A DNA stretch of 62,465 nt from an uncultured Prevotella sp. (lineage in GTDB: Bacteria > Bacteroidota > Bacteroidia > Bacteroidales > Bacteroidaceae), in contig UQQN01000001.1 of the NCBI GenBank assembly GCA_900543155.1, positions 1 to 62,465 on the forward strand. The letters are read 5' to 3'. The notes beneath the pieces were generated by a model. It ran no database searches, was not told where the DNA came from, and saw only the letters and a list, made by a program, of their open reading frames with translations. Made by a program: the position numbers and the translations under genes. How positions within the stretch are numbered: position 1 is the first letter of the stretch; each line of letters starts with the position of its first letter. Shown piece by piece: positions 39,669 through 49,889 of this stretch.

Positions 39669-41546
39669 TTAAGCCAACTCAAGGTCGAGTTCTTTGCGTA
39701 GCATGTCAAGGTCTGGCCAACGTTGCAACATTTCTCTAAACTTTTCTACACGGCTAAATGCACGTTTGGGTGCATCGTCAGCCACAATTTCGAACTTCAG
39801 AGTAATATAATCGTTTCGCAGTTGTGTGCGTAGGTAGTTCATCAGCGAAATCTGCTCTTGTCGCATAGTCTGCTCCACCAATTCGTTCTCTACCACCGCC
39901 GTAACCTCCCAATTTTCAGTGTTCAGTTTCAACGCCATACCCTTCATGCGTCCCATCGTAGCACGCTTATCATTGGGCAGCTGCTGTGCATAACGGAACC
40001 AATAGTAAGTCAGTCGGTCTTCGTTAAACATATTACAGAGCTTTCGTATGGGTTGTGAAGCAGCAGTCGTAGTTGTAGCGACCTGTGTATTCACTGATTG
40101 CTGAGGAGCATTTTTAGTCAGGATATTAGCCTGCATTTGTCGCAACGACATAGTGTGTGCTGGACGCTGACGATATTGTGTCGAGCGCGAAGCCGCAGCA
40201 TTTAGTGCAGAGAGCGTGCCCTGACTCATTCCACCTACCGCAGCACCAACAGATTGTGCAGTCGGGTTGGTAGCAGGAGTTTTTGCTGAAGGCATTTGAG
40301 CAGTTTGTGCTATAGGCGTTGTCTGTGTCACAGAAGTTGATGCTGCAACTGCCGTTCTTTGTGCAGCGGGTGCCGGTGCGGCGGCTGCCAAATGTTGAAA
40401 TATGGGTTTAAGTCGTCGCGTAGGGCGACGCCCACAACTTGCATCATCATCGCCCGTGGCTGCTTGTGCCACCTCTATCAAGGTGAGTTCCACCAGCAAA
40501 CGTTTATTTCGGGCACCGTTGTAGTGCATATCGCAATCATTGCAAAGTTTCAATGCACGATACAACAGTTTGGGTTCGCACCGTTTAGCCTGTTCATGAT
40601 AGCGTTGTCGCACTTGGTCACTCACATCGAGCAGTGGCAAAGTTTGTTCGTCGCGACTCATTAATAGATTGCGAAAGTGCGATGCCAATCCGCCAATAAA
40701 GTAATTGGCTTCAAATCCCTTCGACAGAATATGATTCAATTTTGCCATAGCCTTAGGCACATCGCCACTCAGCAATGTGTCGGTCATGCCAAAATATTCG
40801 TCATAATCAAGCACATTAAGGTCTTCAATTACCTTTTGATAGGTAATATTTCCCTCACAATAGCTCGTCACCTGGTCGAAAATAGAGAGCGCATCGCGCA
40901 TACCGCCATCGGCTTTTTCGGCAATTACATGCAGAGCCTCAGGTTCGTAGGTTATGCCTTCTTTTCCTGCCACATACTCTAAGTGCCTAACAGTGTCTGC
41001 CACCGTTATACGTGAGAAGTCGTAGATTTGACAACGGCTCAAGATGGTAGGCAGAATCACATTCTTCTCGGTTGTTGCTAATACGAAGATGGCATGTGCG
41101 GGCGGTTCTTCCAAGGTTTTCAAAAAAGCATTGAAAGCCGCTTTCGACAACATGTGCACCTCATCGATGATAAACACCTTGTATTTACCAATCTGTGGTG
41201 GAATCTGCACTTGTTCTATCAATCCGCGAATATCCTCAACACCATTGTTTGATGCAGCATCAAGTTCGTGGATGTTATAAGAGCGTTGTTCGTTAAAGGC
41301 ACGGCAACTTTCGCACTCGTTACATGCTTCACCATCGGCTGTTGGCGAAAGACAGTTTATGGTTTTTGCAAAAATACGCGCACACGTTGTTTTGCCCACA
41401 CCGCGTGGCCCGCAAAACAAGTAGGCATGTGCCAACTTGCCTTGTGCTATGGCATTCTTCAGCGTTGTGGTCAGCGCATGCTGTCCCACCACGCTATCAA
41501 AGTTCATGGGACGGTATTTTCGTGCTGATACAATATAGTTGCTCAT
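39669..41546 (-). CDS. dnaX: DNA polymerase III subunit gamma/tau
   Basis: ARKYRP, GPRGVGKTT, CNECESC, ELDAASN, IIDEVHML, SRC. Confidence 0.98.
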   Translation of the reverse strand: MSNYIVSARKYRPMNFDSVVGQHALTTTLKNAIAQGKLAHAYLFCGPRGVGKTTCARIFAKTINCLSPTADGEACNECESCRAFNEQRSYNIHELDAASNNGVEDIRGLIEQVQIPPQIGKYKVFIIDEVHMLSKAAFNAFLKTLEEPPAHAIFVLATTEKNVILPTILSRCQIYDFSRITVADTVRHLEYVAGKEGITYEPEALHVIAEKADGGMRDALSIFDQVTSYCEGNITYQKVIEDLNVLDYDEYFGMTDTLLSGDVPKAMAKLNHILSKGFEANYFIGGLASHFRNLLMSRDEQTLPLLDVSDQVRQRYHEQAKRCEPKLLYRALKLCNDCDMHYNGARNKRLLVELTLIEVAQAATGDDDASCGRRPTRRLKPIFQHLAAAAPAPAAQRTAVAASTSVTQTTPIAQTAQMPSAKTPATNPTAQSVGAAVGGMSQGTLSALNAAASRSTQYRQRPAHTMSLRQMQANILTKNAPQQSVNTQVATTTTAASQPIRKLCNMFNEDRLTYYWFRYAQQLPNDKRATMGRMKGMALKLNTENWEVTAVVENELVEQTMRQEQISLMNYLRTQLRNDYITLKFEIVADDAPKRAFSRVEKFREMLQRWPDLDMLRKELDLELA

Positions 41547-41733
41547 TCTTTTTAAAACAATGTTATGGGCAAAGGTAATGTTTTTTTTTGGCTCATGGGG
41601 TATGTAGAGGCAAAAAAGCGTATAGCAACTCTTAAAACTGCAAAGCCGATGCCCTACTACACAAAAAGTCAGGTATGCAAAAAGGTAAAAACCTCAATAC
41701 ATACCTAACTTATTTTGAAATAGCCTATGTGAT

Positions 41734-44349
41734 TTACTTAATCACTTTCTTTCCGTTGATAATAAGCACACCCTTTGTTGCGTTCTTTACACGACGACCA
41801 CTCAAATCGTAAATCACCGTGGGTTGGTTCTTAGTGGTGGGCTGCACTGTAGCAATGCTTGTAGGTGGCACATATCCCACCTTCTGCACTGTAACCTTAA
41901 AGTCGCGAGCTATAACGCCCTTATTCTTTGCTAATTCGCCAGCTACCGTCAGTTTTACACTGTTATCTTTCAAACCATTGAACTGCAACAACTTAGATTC
42001 TTTTGCAGGAAGTGTTTGGGCTTCTTTACCTACAGTTATCTGTAAATCTCCCTCAGCAGGAGCATAAGCTTCGCCCTTCATTGAAACTGCAGTAATTTCG
42101 TAACCAGATGTTACACTAAGCGTATAGTCTACCGACTTAGCAGCGCCTGTTAGCAAAGTAAGCGATACATTATCTGTTTTATCAATCCAAATGTTATTAG
42201 GACCGATAGCTAACTTCAACTGCGGTGCCGTGCGAGTGCTTGTCCATACAGAACCATATCGAATTCCATTATTAGTTCCACCATTCATGGTGCCCGATGA
42301 CATAGATATTTCAAAATCACCCACCAAGAACTGCTCTGGTTCTTCTTCAACTGCGGGTGCATCTACAATGGTAAACTGACAACCTGCATCTGCACGATCC
42401 TGACCATTTTTCCCTGCACTCCAGTTATAAATTTTATAACCTTGTCCACTTTGAGTTTGATTAAGCTCTACATCATCGCTCGAGATAATAAATGTACCAA
42501 TAGCGTTTGAGTAGCTCAATGTCCAACCCTTAGCAGGCTTAGTTGCAGTTGTTTTAATAGCATTATTATAGGCAGAAGCTGGGTTGATATATGTTCCATC
42601 AGCACGATTCACGATATCCCATGTATTGTCGGTGCGTGCTACAAACTTCCACATAGATTTAGCATAAGCCGTTTTGGTATCACCCATAAGTATTTCACCA
42701 TCACCATATGAAGTAGCAAATCTGTTCTCACGATTAGGTGTATAAAGCTGATACCAATGTTCTTCCTTGTCGGTTGAGAGTGTAGGCTTAATGATGTTGG
42801 GCAAAACTTTGTTTACCAATTCAGCATACGACCCACCCTTTTGCTTGAGTTCTTCGTTTGTAGCAGACTCTTTTGCTAAGAGTTCATAACCCTGTTTAAT
42901 GCCCTCAGTAAGTGGAGTTACATCTGCTGCCAAATACTGACCGACGTTAGTGCCTACGGGGAATTTTTCAGCTGTAGCAATGGCATTATACAAAGTATTG
43001 CGTGCATCGAATGTAGCAATACCTTCCGCTGCCTCCTCGTCGGTTGTGGGAGTTACACCATCCTCAGTGCCTATTGCATTTGCCATTGCCTGAGAGAGTT
43101 TGGCATAGCCCAAACCCGACATATAGCGAGCACCCGAGAAGTTGGGGAAATAAGCATCCTTTATTGCGCCATTGTCACCCACCAACAGAGTATATGAATC
43201 TGCGCAATAGGTTACATTCTGCATTTCGGCAGCCATTGCCTGTAGCTTTTCGTTGAAAGGAATGGTGCGATTTTTGTTAACATCTGCATTGTCTGAGGGA
43301 ATAACTGCCATCAAACGAATTGCTGTGTTAGGTGCCAACTCACGAACTTTGTTCACAAATGCTTTATAGCTTTCAACTATCGCATCTACAGTCTTCGAAC
43401 CATTACCTGTATTGTTAATTTCGTTATATCCCAACACCAGGCAAACCATTTTAGGTTCTGCATTATCGCTGCGTCCTTTAAAGATGCTTTGCAACATTTT
43501 TTGCAGGGTGCCAAGGTCGTTCGACTTATATCCCCAACTTGTACCGCGCTGTTTCACATGGTTAGAATGGAGCAATTCGTGCCAATCGTTACCATCTTCG
43601 CCAAGAATCAGAATATCATTTGCCTTGATGGGCAAAGCATTGAAATAAGTGGTACGCATACCAGCGATACCGCCATTACCACCATTCACGTCTTGAGCAT
43701 CAGCAGGATAGACACAATCACTACCCACGTATTGGGCAATTTTATTACACCAAGTGCGATAACCACTCATGGTAAGGTGTGTGCCGTCGTACGAGATTTT
43801 CATGTTTGCAATATCAGTCAAATCGTCGTAGAGGTCGATATAGGTAGCACCATATTCTTGGCAAAGTTTTTTGATGCTATCGTTAGTGATGGGGATGTGC
43901 TTTACATCCTTCACACCATTGGTAGTACAAGGCAAGATGCTTTGGAAGTAAATTTCAGTTTCGGGGCTTTCGTTTTTACAACGCTTCAAAGCTGTGCGCA
44001 CACTCTTTGCCACAAAAGCAGGATCGTTCATGCCACGAGTACCCAAGTCGTTTGTACCCATCATGAAGAAGATTTTCTTGGGACGACCTGCGAGGGTTGC
44101 CTCAAGATGTTCGAGCATGATAGGTGTTTCGGCACCATTCACACCGCGATTTACGATATTTGCATTACCAAAGGCTTCCCACCACTCGTGCATATTGGTG
44201 ATGCTATTGCCTAAGAACACAATATTCTCAGATGTGAGTTTATGGGTTTTAAAACTGTCGTAACGATGACGGCGAAAAGGTACGCCTTGTGCTAACACTG
44301 TAGTGGCTAACATGAAAAGACTAAAAAGTGAGAGTAAAGATTTTCTCAT
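41734..44349 (-). CDS. Secreted tandem SGNH/GDSL hydrolase (sialate O-acetylesterase-like) with C-terminal T9SS-like sorting signal
   Basis: Signal peptide. FLGNSIT, NRGVNG, GTNDL, DGTH in domain 1. Degenerate second domain. Tail IYDLSGRRV...GVLIINGKKVIK. Confidence 0.75.
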   Translation of the reverse strand: MRKSLLSLFSLFMLATTVLAQGVPFRRHRYDSFKTHKLTSENIVFLGNSITNMHEWWEAFGNANIVNRGVNGAETPIMLEHLEATLAGRPKKIFFMMGTNDLGTRGMNDPAFVAKSVRTALKRCKNESPETEIYFQSILPCTTNGVKDVKHIPITNDSIKKLCQEYGATYIDLYDDLTDIANMKISYDGTHLTMSGYRTWCNKIAQYVGSDCVYPADAQDVNGGNGGIAGMRTTYFNALPIKANDILILGEDGNDWHELLHSNHVKQRGTSWGYKSNDLGTLQKMLQSIFKGRSDNAEPKMVCLVLGYNEINNTGNGSKTVDAIVESYKAFVNKVRELAPNTAIRLMAVIPSDNADVNKNRTIPFNEKLQAMAAEMQNVTYCADSYTLLVGDNGAIKDAYFPNFSGARYMSGLGYAKLSQAMANAIGTEDGVTPTTDEEAAEGIATFDARNTLYNAIATAEKFPVGTNVGQYLAADVTPLTEGIKQGYELLAKESATNEELKQKGGSYAELVNKVLPNIIKPTLSTDKEEHWYQLYTPNRENRFATSYGDGEILMGDTKTAYAKSMWKFVARTDNTWDIVNRADGTYINPASAYNNAIKTTATKPAKGWTLSYSNAIGTFIISSDDVELNQTQSGQGYKIYNWSAGKNGQDRADAGCQFTIVDAPAVEEEPEQFLVGDFEISMSSGTMNGGTNNGIRYGSVWTSTRTAPQLKLAIGPNNIWIDKTDNVSLTLLTGAAKSVDYTLSVTSGYEITAVSMKGEAYAPAEGDLQITVGKEAQTLPAKESKLLQFNGLKDNSVKLTVAGELAKNKGVIARDFKVTVQKVGYVPPTSIATVQPTTKNQPTVIYDLSGRRVKNATKGVLIINGKKVIK

Positions 44350-44533
44350 TGTAGGATAAGATAAGTTGTTAGTTTTTAGACTGCAAAATTACGTTTTTTT
44401 ATATGTACTGCCCACGTTATTTATATGTTATAAAACATATTTGAGATTTTATCAGAATATGACTCGACAAGTGTATAGCAAAAATCGATATATTTTTATG
44501 GTTACAAACTCTATTTTTCTCCCTCAGCAAACC

Positions 44534-44605
44534 TTCGGTATGATATCGGAATGACATCGGAATGTTTTTATGATTTCTTCGGGATGATATCAGGATAGTT
44601 TCGGG
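44534..44605 (-). repeat. 11-bp tandem repeat (ATTCCGATATC family), copy 2
   Basis: Reverse complement attccgatgtcattccgatatcataccgaa matches 18320-18349 at 29/30. A further degenerate copy lies at 44578-44605. Confidence 0.8.
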
Positions 44606-44689
44606 TCTGATTTTTTGTGTGAATTCAATCTCGCTTTGCTATGAATTTGTTCATTCTCCGTTCTTTTCCATTCGCGAAGCAAGAAACAG

Positions 44690-44854
44690 CTAATTCACAT
44701 AAAATTCAGTACGAAAGCAGAACGAAGGATGAACAGTAATTGTACGTAATAAAACGGAAGATGTATGAAATTCGAACGAAGATATATCTTCATAAACTAC
44801 GTTTCTTGGAATGTTTGGAGTAAAAGGTGTTTGGTGGTAATAGGATTTTTTCAT
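44690..44854 (-). CDS. Possible 54-aa small protein of unknown function
   Basis: ATG with A-rich leader downstream of a TTG-20 nt-TATCTTTG promoter (44914-44884). MKKSYYHQTPFTPNIPRN... Confidence 0.25.
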   Translation of the reverse strand: MKKSYYHQTPFTPNIPRNVVYEDISSFEFHTSSVLLRTITVHPSFCFRTEFYVN

Positions 44855-45073
44855 GATATTAGTTTCTATTTTTCAGTGTCGAACAAAGATACAAAATTAG
44901 AAGACGAAATGCAAGTTTAGGGAGTTTATTTATGTTGGGACCCGTTTTCAGAAAGTACAATTATGGAGTTTTTCGAAATGGGGAATAAAGTATTCTGTAG
45001 CCTAAAAAAGAGCGCGTGTTTTGACTCCCAAAAGTTCAATGCAATATAAAAAACAATACTACATTTGCAGAAC

Positions 45074-45117
45074 GAAAAAACGGCGGAGCCTCAACCCGAG
45101 AGTTGTGCTCCGCCGTT
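45074..45117 (-). terminator. Terminator after the GH2 gene
   Basis: aacggcggagc ... gctccgccgtt with an A-run on the plus strand. Confidence 0.8.
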
Positions 45118-45155
45118 ATTAGCGTGATAGAGACTTTATGTTCTATGTAAATGTG

Positions 45156-48100
45156 TTACTTGAAAATTTTGTGGACACGATGTCCTGAAGGAGCATCGAT
45201 AACCACGAGATAAGAACCACGAGGCTGACCTGCCAACGACAATGTCAACTGAGATGTGGCAGTCGAAGCATGTGCTGAACCAAGGCGTACACCACCCACA
45301 TTAAAGAGAGCTACATTGGTACCTGCCTCAATGGCACCGCTCACTGTGAGTTGTTCGTCATTATGAGCCACACGGAGTGATTCGGTCGCATTGGCTACGG
45401 GCTTCACACCCACTGTTGTACTATCGAATGGTGTAGTTGTGAAACGCAAGGTGTAGCCATAAGTGCCACTTGTGGGAACAAAGTACTTGCTTGTGGTGAG
45501 CTGACCACAGCTGCCCGAACCAAGACCACGTTGCATGTAATCGAAGTGTGCATAAATGCGACGTTTGCTAATGTCGGTATTCAAATTAAGTTCCCAATTA
45601 TGTGAAGCTGCCTTAAGTTGCTGATCGCTCCAATAGAGTGTAGAGAACGCTACTTGACCTTCTCCCTCAATCTTGATGCTGTTACCAATGGTATCAGCTA
45701 ATATGAGTTCGCGCATATCTTCGCGGTTACCCATAGACTGCGGACGGAGATAGTATTCGTTCATATCCCACACTGTTGAAGTATAACGGCCGAGGTAAGC
45801 ACCTGTCTTGCGGTCTACATAGTTTTCTAGCGGACCACGTGCATAGTATGTAACATTGCTAAATGCACCAGGGAAAAGCATTTGCATACCCAAACGACGG
45901 ATAGCACGGTCGTAGGCTGTTTGTGTGTTTTGGGGAGTAAACTGCGTATTGAGGTCTACGGTACCATTTGCATAAACGGTGTAAACAAATACGTAGTTTG
46001 CCCATGTGCCTGTTCCTTTCACTGTAGCTGTGGCACTCATGCCATCATCGGCAAGTTTGAAGCTTGCACTGTGAGCTGTGATGCCATTGCTCTGGTCGTA
46101 ACTAGGATCACCACCATAAGGTGCATCGTTTTCAATCCAACGATAATTTTCGTATTCAGGACCTACTTCAGCAACCTTCACACCATTTTGTTTCCACTCT
46201 GCAATAGCGCCTGTGCTGTTGTAAAGTGCAAGGGTTACTTTATCGTTAGAGATAGTAGTCTTGCCACCCTCGTTAATAAGTGTGAGTTTTGCATCAGAAT
46301 CCTCAGCCTTGATTGTTGCAAGTTTAGCATTGCGCTCGGCAACAGTAAACTGAGCTGCTGCCACACTGTAGTTAGCTTCGGCATACGAAGTTGCTGCGGG
46401 ATTGAGCACTGAGAAGTTGATGAGGACTTCCTTGCCTTCAGCCTTAGCTTCTGTGAGGTCATAAGTAACAGGGATGCTAACTTTCTGTGAGGCTGTAGGA
46501 GCCATAGCAGGGAGTGTTACATCGTAGCTTGCTACCTGAGTACCATTAACCAAAAGGTTGGCACGAAGGATGTAACCTTCGAGGTTTGTAAAGTCGTATG
46601 CGTTCTTAAGAGTGAGCTGATTAGTGGCAGCATCGAACTTTTCGAACTTCACATATTGATATGCGCCCTTAACTTCGTCAAGCTTTGCGCTCCATGTGCG
46701 GTTGGCACAGATTACACCATTGTTCACAAAGTTGCCTTGGTGAGGTGCATTCGGCCAGTCGTAACCTGTGCGGTACTTGGGGAAGCCGTTTTCAGTGAGT
46801 TTGCCATTCTTTTGATCGTCGTATGAAACGATAGACTGGTCAACCCAGTCCCAAATGCAACCACCAATACCATACTTACTGCTTTCGATAGCATCCATAT
46901 AGTCTTTTAAGCTACCAAGTGAGTTACCCATAGCATGGTCGAACTCACACATAAAGTAGGGTTGCTGTGCCCAGTTGTTATTTGCCTCTGACTGAAGGGG
47001 CTTTTCGTTACCCTCGATTGAAGGATACATTTGGCTCCAAAGTTCAGTGGCTTTGTCACTGCGTGCATTGGTTGAACCTTCGTAATGGATAATGCGGTTG
47101 TCGAGACTCTTGATGTAAGCGAACTCTGCATCGTGGTTGTCGCCATAACCGCTTTCGTTACCCATACTCCAGAAGATTACACTGGGGTTATTGCGATCGC
47201 GAAGTACCATACGACCTGCACGGTCGAGGTAAACAGGACGCCATGAGGGATAGTTTGAGATACCGGTTGAACGGTTACTCTTGTTGTTGTCCATCCAGTT
47301 TTTGTGGCACTCAATGTCAGCTTCATCCATTACGTAAAGTCCATAGTAGTCGAACATAGCGTTCATCTTGGCCTGACGAGGATAGTGACTGGTGCGCACA
47401 GTGTTGACGTTAGCCAACTTCATAAGTTGGATGTCCTTGAGCATAGTTTCAACATCGATGGTACGACCCTTGAGGGGGTGAGTATCTTGGGTATTAACAC
47501 CCTTGAAATATACTTGCTTACCATTGATGTAAACACGGTGATCGTCTGAAGGTATTTCGATGTGACGGAAACCGTACTTGGTAGCGAAGGCTTCTTCTTC
47601 CTTACCTGTTGCATCAAGCTGAGCTACCTCGACAGTGTAGAGGTTAGGGTGCTCAGCACTCCAAAGTTGAAGGTCTGAAAGATTATCGAAAGTAACATTC
47701 TGAACCAACTCATTAGCAGTGTCGGCTGTAAAGTCGAACTTAGCAGTTTGCTCAGCTACTTGTGTACCATTGGGAGCAATGAGACGCACGCGAACTTGCT
47801 TGCTTACGGGCTGACCCTCCTTATTGTTAACAGTGAGAGCTACATTCATGCTACCGCTCTTATAACCATTTTCGGCATTGAGATTTGCGGTAATGTAGTG
47901 ATCGCGCACGTAGGTCTTAGGAGTTGCGAAGAGGTAAACATCACGATGTATACCACTCATGTGCCAACAGTCCTGACCTTCAAGGTATGAACCATCGGTG
48001 AAACGGAATACTTGTACGCTGATATTGTTTTCACCCTTGCGAACATAGGGAGTTACATCGAATTCAGCATCGTTATTGGCTCCTTGAGTGTAGCCAACCT

Positions 48101-49571
48101 TCTGACCATTAATCCATACGTAGGCACCACTATAGATACCATCGAAGTGGAGGAAAATGCGTTCGCCATCCCAATTTTCAGGAAGTGTGAAGTCGCGACG
48201 GAGTGAACTTACTGAATTGTAGAGGTTCGGCTTCATGCCAATATAAGGCGGGTTGTCGTAGAAGGGGTATTCTACATTTACATACCAAGGATCGCCATAA
48301 CCTTGCATTTCAACACATGAGGGAACAGGGATTTCACTCCATGCTGAAACGTCTACGGAATTGCCATAGAAGTCTTCTTCGCCTGGACGTTGTGAGGGAT
48401 CCTTCACGAAGTTGATTTTCCATGTTCCGTTAAGGGTCATGTAGCGGCTACTCTTTGAATCAAGCCAAGGCTTTGCATAACGATCGGTATCGGCACGGAG
48501 GTCTGCTGTATTGGCATAAGGGAGGTAAGTGGCGTGACCAGCTTCCTTATTGATGCCATATACACGCTCGTTTTCCCAATCGTTTTTAAGAATTACGGGC
48601 GACTTGGCTGCAGTGAGAGTGAAATAGGTACTTTCGTCAGCAGCATCTTCAACCATCTTAGTGTCACCCTTTTCGTCGGCTGACATGTAGTAAGGCACCT
48701 CGTTGTAAACATACTTCAGCTGATAAACGCCTTCTTGACCTTCAACGCTTTCTATATATACTTGCTGATTGACGTTCTTGGCTTCGAGTGTATACTGTAA
48801 GGGAATTTTATTGCCGTTTAGACCAGCATCTACAGCATAACCTAAAACCTCGTTGTAAAGAACTTTAGCACTCTTGTCTTTCCAACCGTCTTTATAACTA
48901 ACGCTGCGATATTGCCAAAGCTGACCAGCCTTACCACTAACGTAAGGCTCGGTGTAAAGAAGGGCTGCTTTTTCATTGCTTCCCTTATTACTGAGTACTT
49001 GACCATTGCTCTTGTTTTTGAACACGTAGGTTTGGTGAGGAATAAGAGAGGTAGTAACCTTGTCTGTAGACTCAAAACGGAAATAGGTGTTTTTGTCTTT
49101 TTTATTTTGGTCCATGTAGATGGTGCCATCTTCACGAACTGTGAGCACACGATCTGAACCACTTGAAAGAATTTGGTACACACCCTCCAAGCCTTCTACT
49201 TCTTGAATCAAGAATTGCTGGTTGGCATTGGTAGGGTCACCCTCCCACTGAAGGAGATGATAATCTTTACCAGGAGCCATGTCAATGCCCATACCATAAT
49301 TGGGATTGTAGAAGGCATAAAGATCTGGTTCTTCAGCGTCTACACGCACCAAAACCCAATCTTGACCTTGGGCTGATTTGTCGAGATCGTCCATCTGCAA
49401 GAAGGTGTCGTGCTCGGCATTGTTACCATTACTCAAGGCTTTTCCTGTAACGGTACTAACAATGCGCAACAATACACCTGGCTGTTCAATGCTGGTGGCA
49501 TGCACAAAATTGCACGACAACAACATTACTAAGCCAAGCAGCAGACTGCGAAACTTGTTGAACTTTGTCAT
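45156..49571 (-). CDS. Secreted GH2 beta-galactosidase (LacZ-like) with N-terminal ricin-B-like modules and T9SS-like C-terminal domain
   Basis: Signal peptide. QxW/QxF repeats. RTSHYP, WSMGNES (acid/base), CEFDHAMGNS (nucleophile), GGCIWDWVDQ, YYARGPLENY.DR. C-terminal YLV...HKIFK. Confidence 0.92.
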   Translation of the reverse strand: MTKFNKFRSLLLGLVMLLSCNFVHATSIEQPGVLLRIVSTVTGKALSNGNNAEHDTFLQMDDLDKSAQGQDWVLVRVDAEEPDLYAFYNPNYGMGIDMAPGKDYHLLQWEGDPTNANQQFLIQEVEGLEGVYQILSSGSDRVLTVREDGTIYMDQNKKDKNTYFRFESTDKVTTSLIPHQTYVFKNKSNGQVLSNKGSNEKAALLYTEPYVSGKAGQLWQYRSVSYKDGWKDKSAKVLYNEVLGYAVDAGLNGNKIPLQYTLEAKNVNQQVYIESVEGQEGVYQLKYVYNEVPYYMSADEKGDTKMVEDAADESTYFTLTAAKSPVILKNDWENERVYGINKEAGHATYLPYANTADLRADTDRYAKPWLDSKSSRYMTLNGTWKINFVKDPSQRPGEEDFYGNSVDVSAWSEIPVPSCVEMQGYGDPWYVNVEYPFYDNPPYIGMKPNLYNSVSSLRRDFTLPENWDGERIFLHFDGIYSGAYVWINGQKVGYTQGANNDAEFDVTPYVRKGENNISVQVFRFTDGSYLEGQDCWHMSGIHRDVYLFATPKTYVRDHYITANLNAENGYKSGSMNVALTVNNKEGQPVSKQVRVRLIAPNGTQVAEQTAKFDFTADTANELVQNVTFDNLSDLQLWSAEHPNLYTVEVAQLDATGKEEEAFATKYGFRHIEIPSDDHRVYINGKQVYFKGVNTQDTHPLKGRTIDVETMLKDIQLMKLANVNTVRTSHYPRQAKMNAMFDYYGLYVMDEADIECHKNWMDNNKSNRSTGISNYPSWRPVYLDRAGRMVLRDRNNPSVIFWSMGNESGYGDNHDAEFAYIKSLDNRIIHYEGSTNARSDKATELWSQMYPSIEGNEKPLQSEANNNWAQQPYFMCEFDHAMGNSLGSLKDYMDAIESSKYGIGGCIWDWVDQSIVSYDDQKNGKLTENGFPKYRTGYDWPNAPHQGNFVNNGVICANRTWSAKLDEVKGAYQYVKFEKFDAATNQLTLKNAYDFTNLEGYILRANLLVNGTQVASYDVTLPAMAPTASQKVSIPVTYDLTEAKAEGKEVLINFSVLNPAATSYAEANYSVAAAQFTVAERNAKLATIKAEDSDAKLTLINEGGKTTISNDKVTLALYNSTGAIAEWKQNGVKVAEVGPEYENYRWIENDAPYGGDPSYDQSNGITAHSASFKLADDGMSATATVKGTGTWANYVFVYTVYANGTVDLNTQFTPQNTQTAYDRAIRRLGMQMLFPGAFSNVTYYARGPLENYVDRKTGAYLGRYTSTVWDMNEYYLRPQSMGNREDMRELILADTIGNSIKIEGEGQVAFSTLYWSDQQLKAASHNWELNLNTDISKRRIYAHFDYMQRGLGSGSCGQLTTSKYFVPTSGTYGYTLRFTTTPFDSTTVGVKPVANATESLRVAHNDEQLTVSGAIEAGTNVALFNVGGVRLGSAHASTATSQLTLSLAGQPRGSYLVVIDAPSGHRVHKIFK

Positions 49572-49794
49572 ACTTTAATGTAATTGTTTGATGAATTTAA
49601 GGATTTTCAATGTGATATGGAAACGCAAAGTCATATTGTATTGCAATTAATTTGCTACAAAACGACACAATCTCCGTGGCAAATTTACGAATAATATCTA
49701 TCTATTCCGAAATAAAGAGGACACAAAATGTTTTTTTTAACTCAAAAACCCTTCATTTCGATTTTTGATACTCATTTACACTGAATTTAAGTCC

Positions 49795-49839
49795 AAAAAA
49801 TCCCATCAACAAGTAAAAACTCATTGATGGGATTTTTTT
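49795..49839. terminator. Terminator after rpoC
   Basis: aaaaaatcccatcaa ... ttgatgggatttttt. Confidence 0.85.
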
Positions 49840-49889
49840 AAAAAACAATTTTCGCCTTTAACTAATGTAAAGGGAAGGATATCTTCATT

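Noticed and set aside
38943..39701. 252-aa plus-strand ORF with a Met/Thr/Ala-rich start
   Set aside because: Antisense read-out of the repetitive slyD tail.
39669..41546. Programmed frameshift producing a gamma subunit in dnaX
   Set aside because: I saw no A AAA AAG heptamer or long A-run in the sense strand. The Ala/Thr/Gln-rich segment is an ordinary linker.
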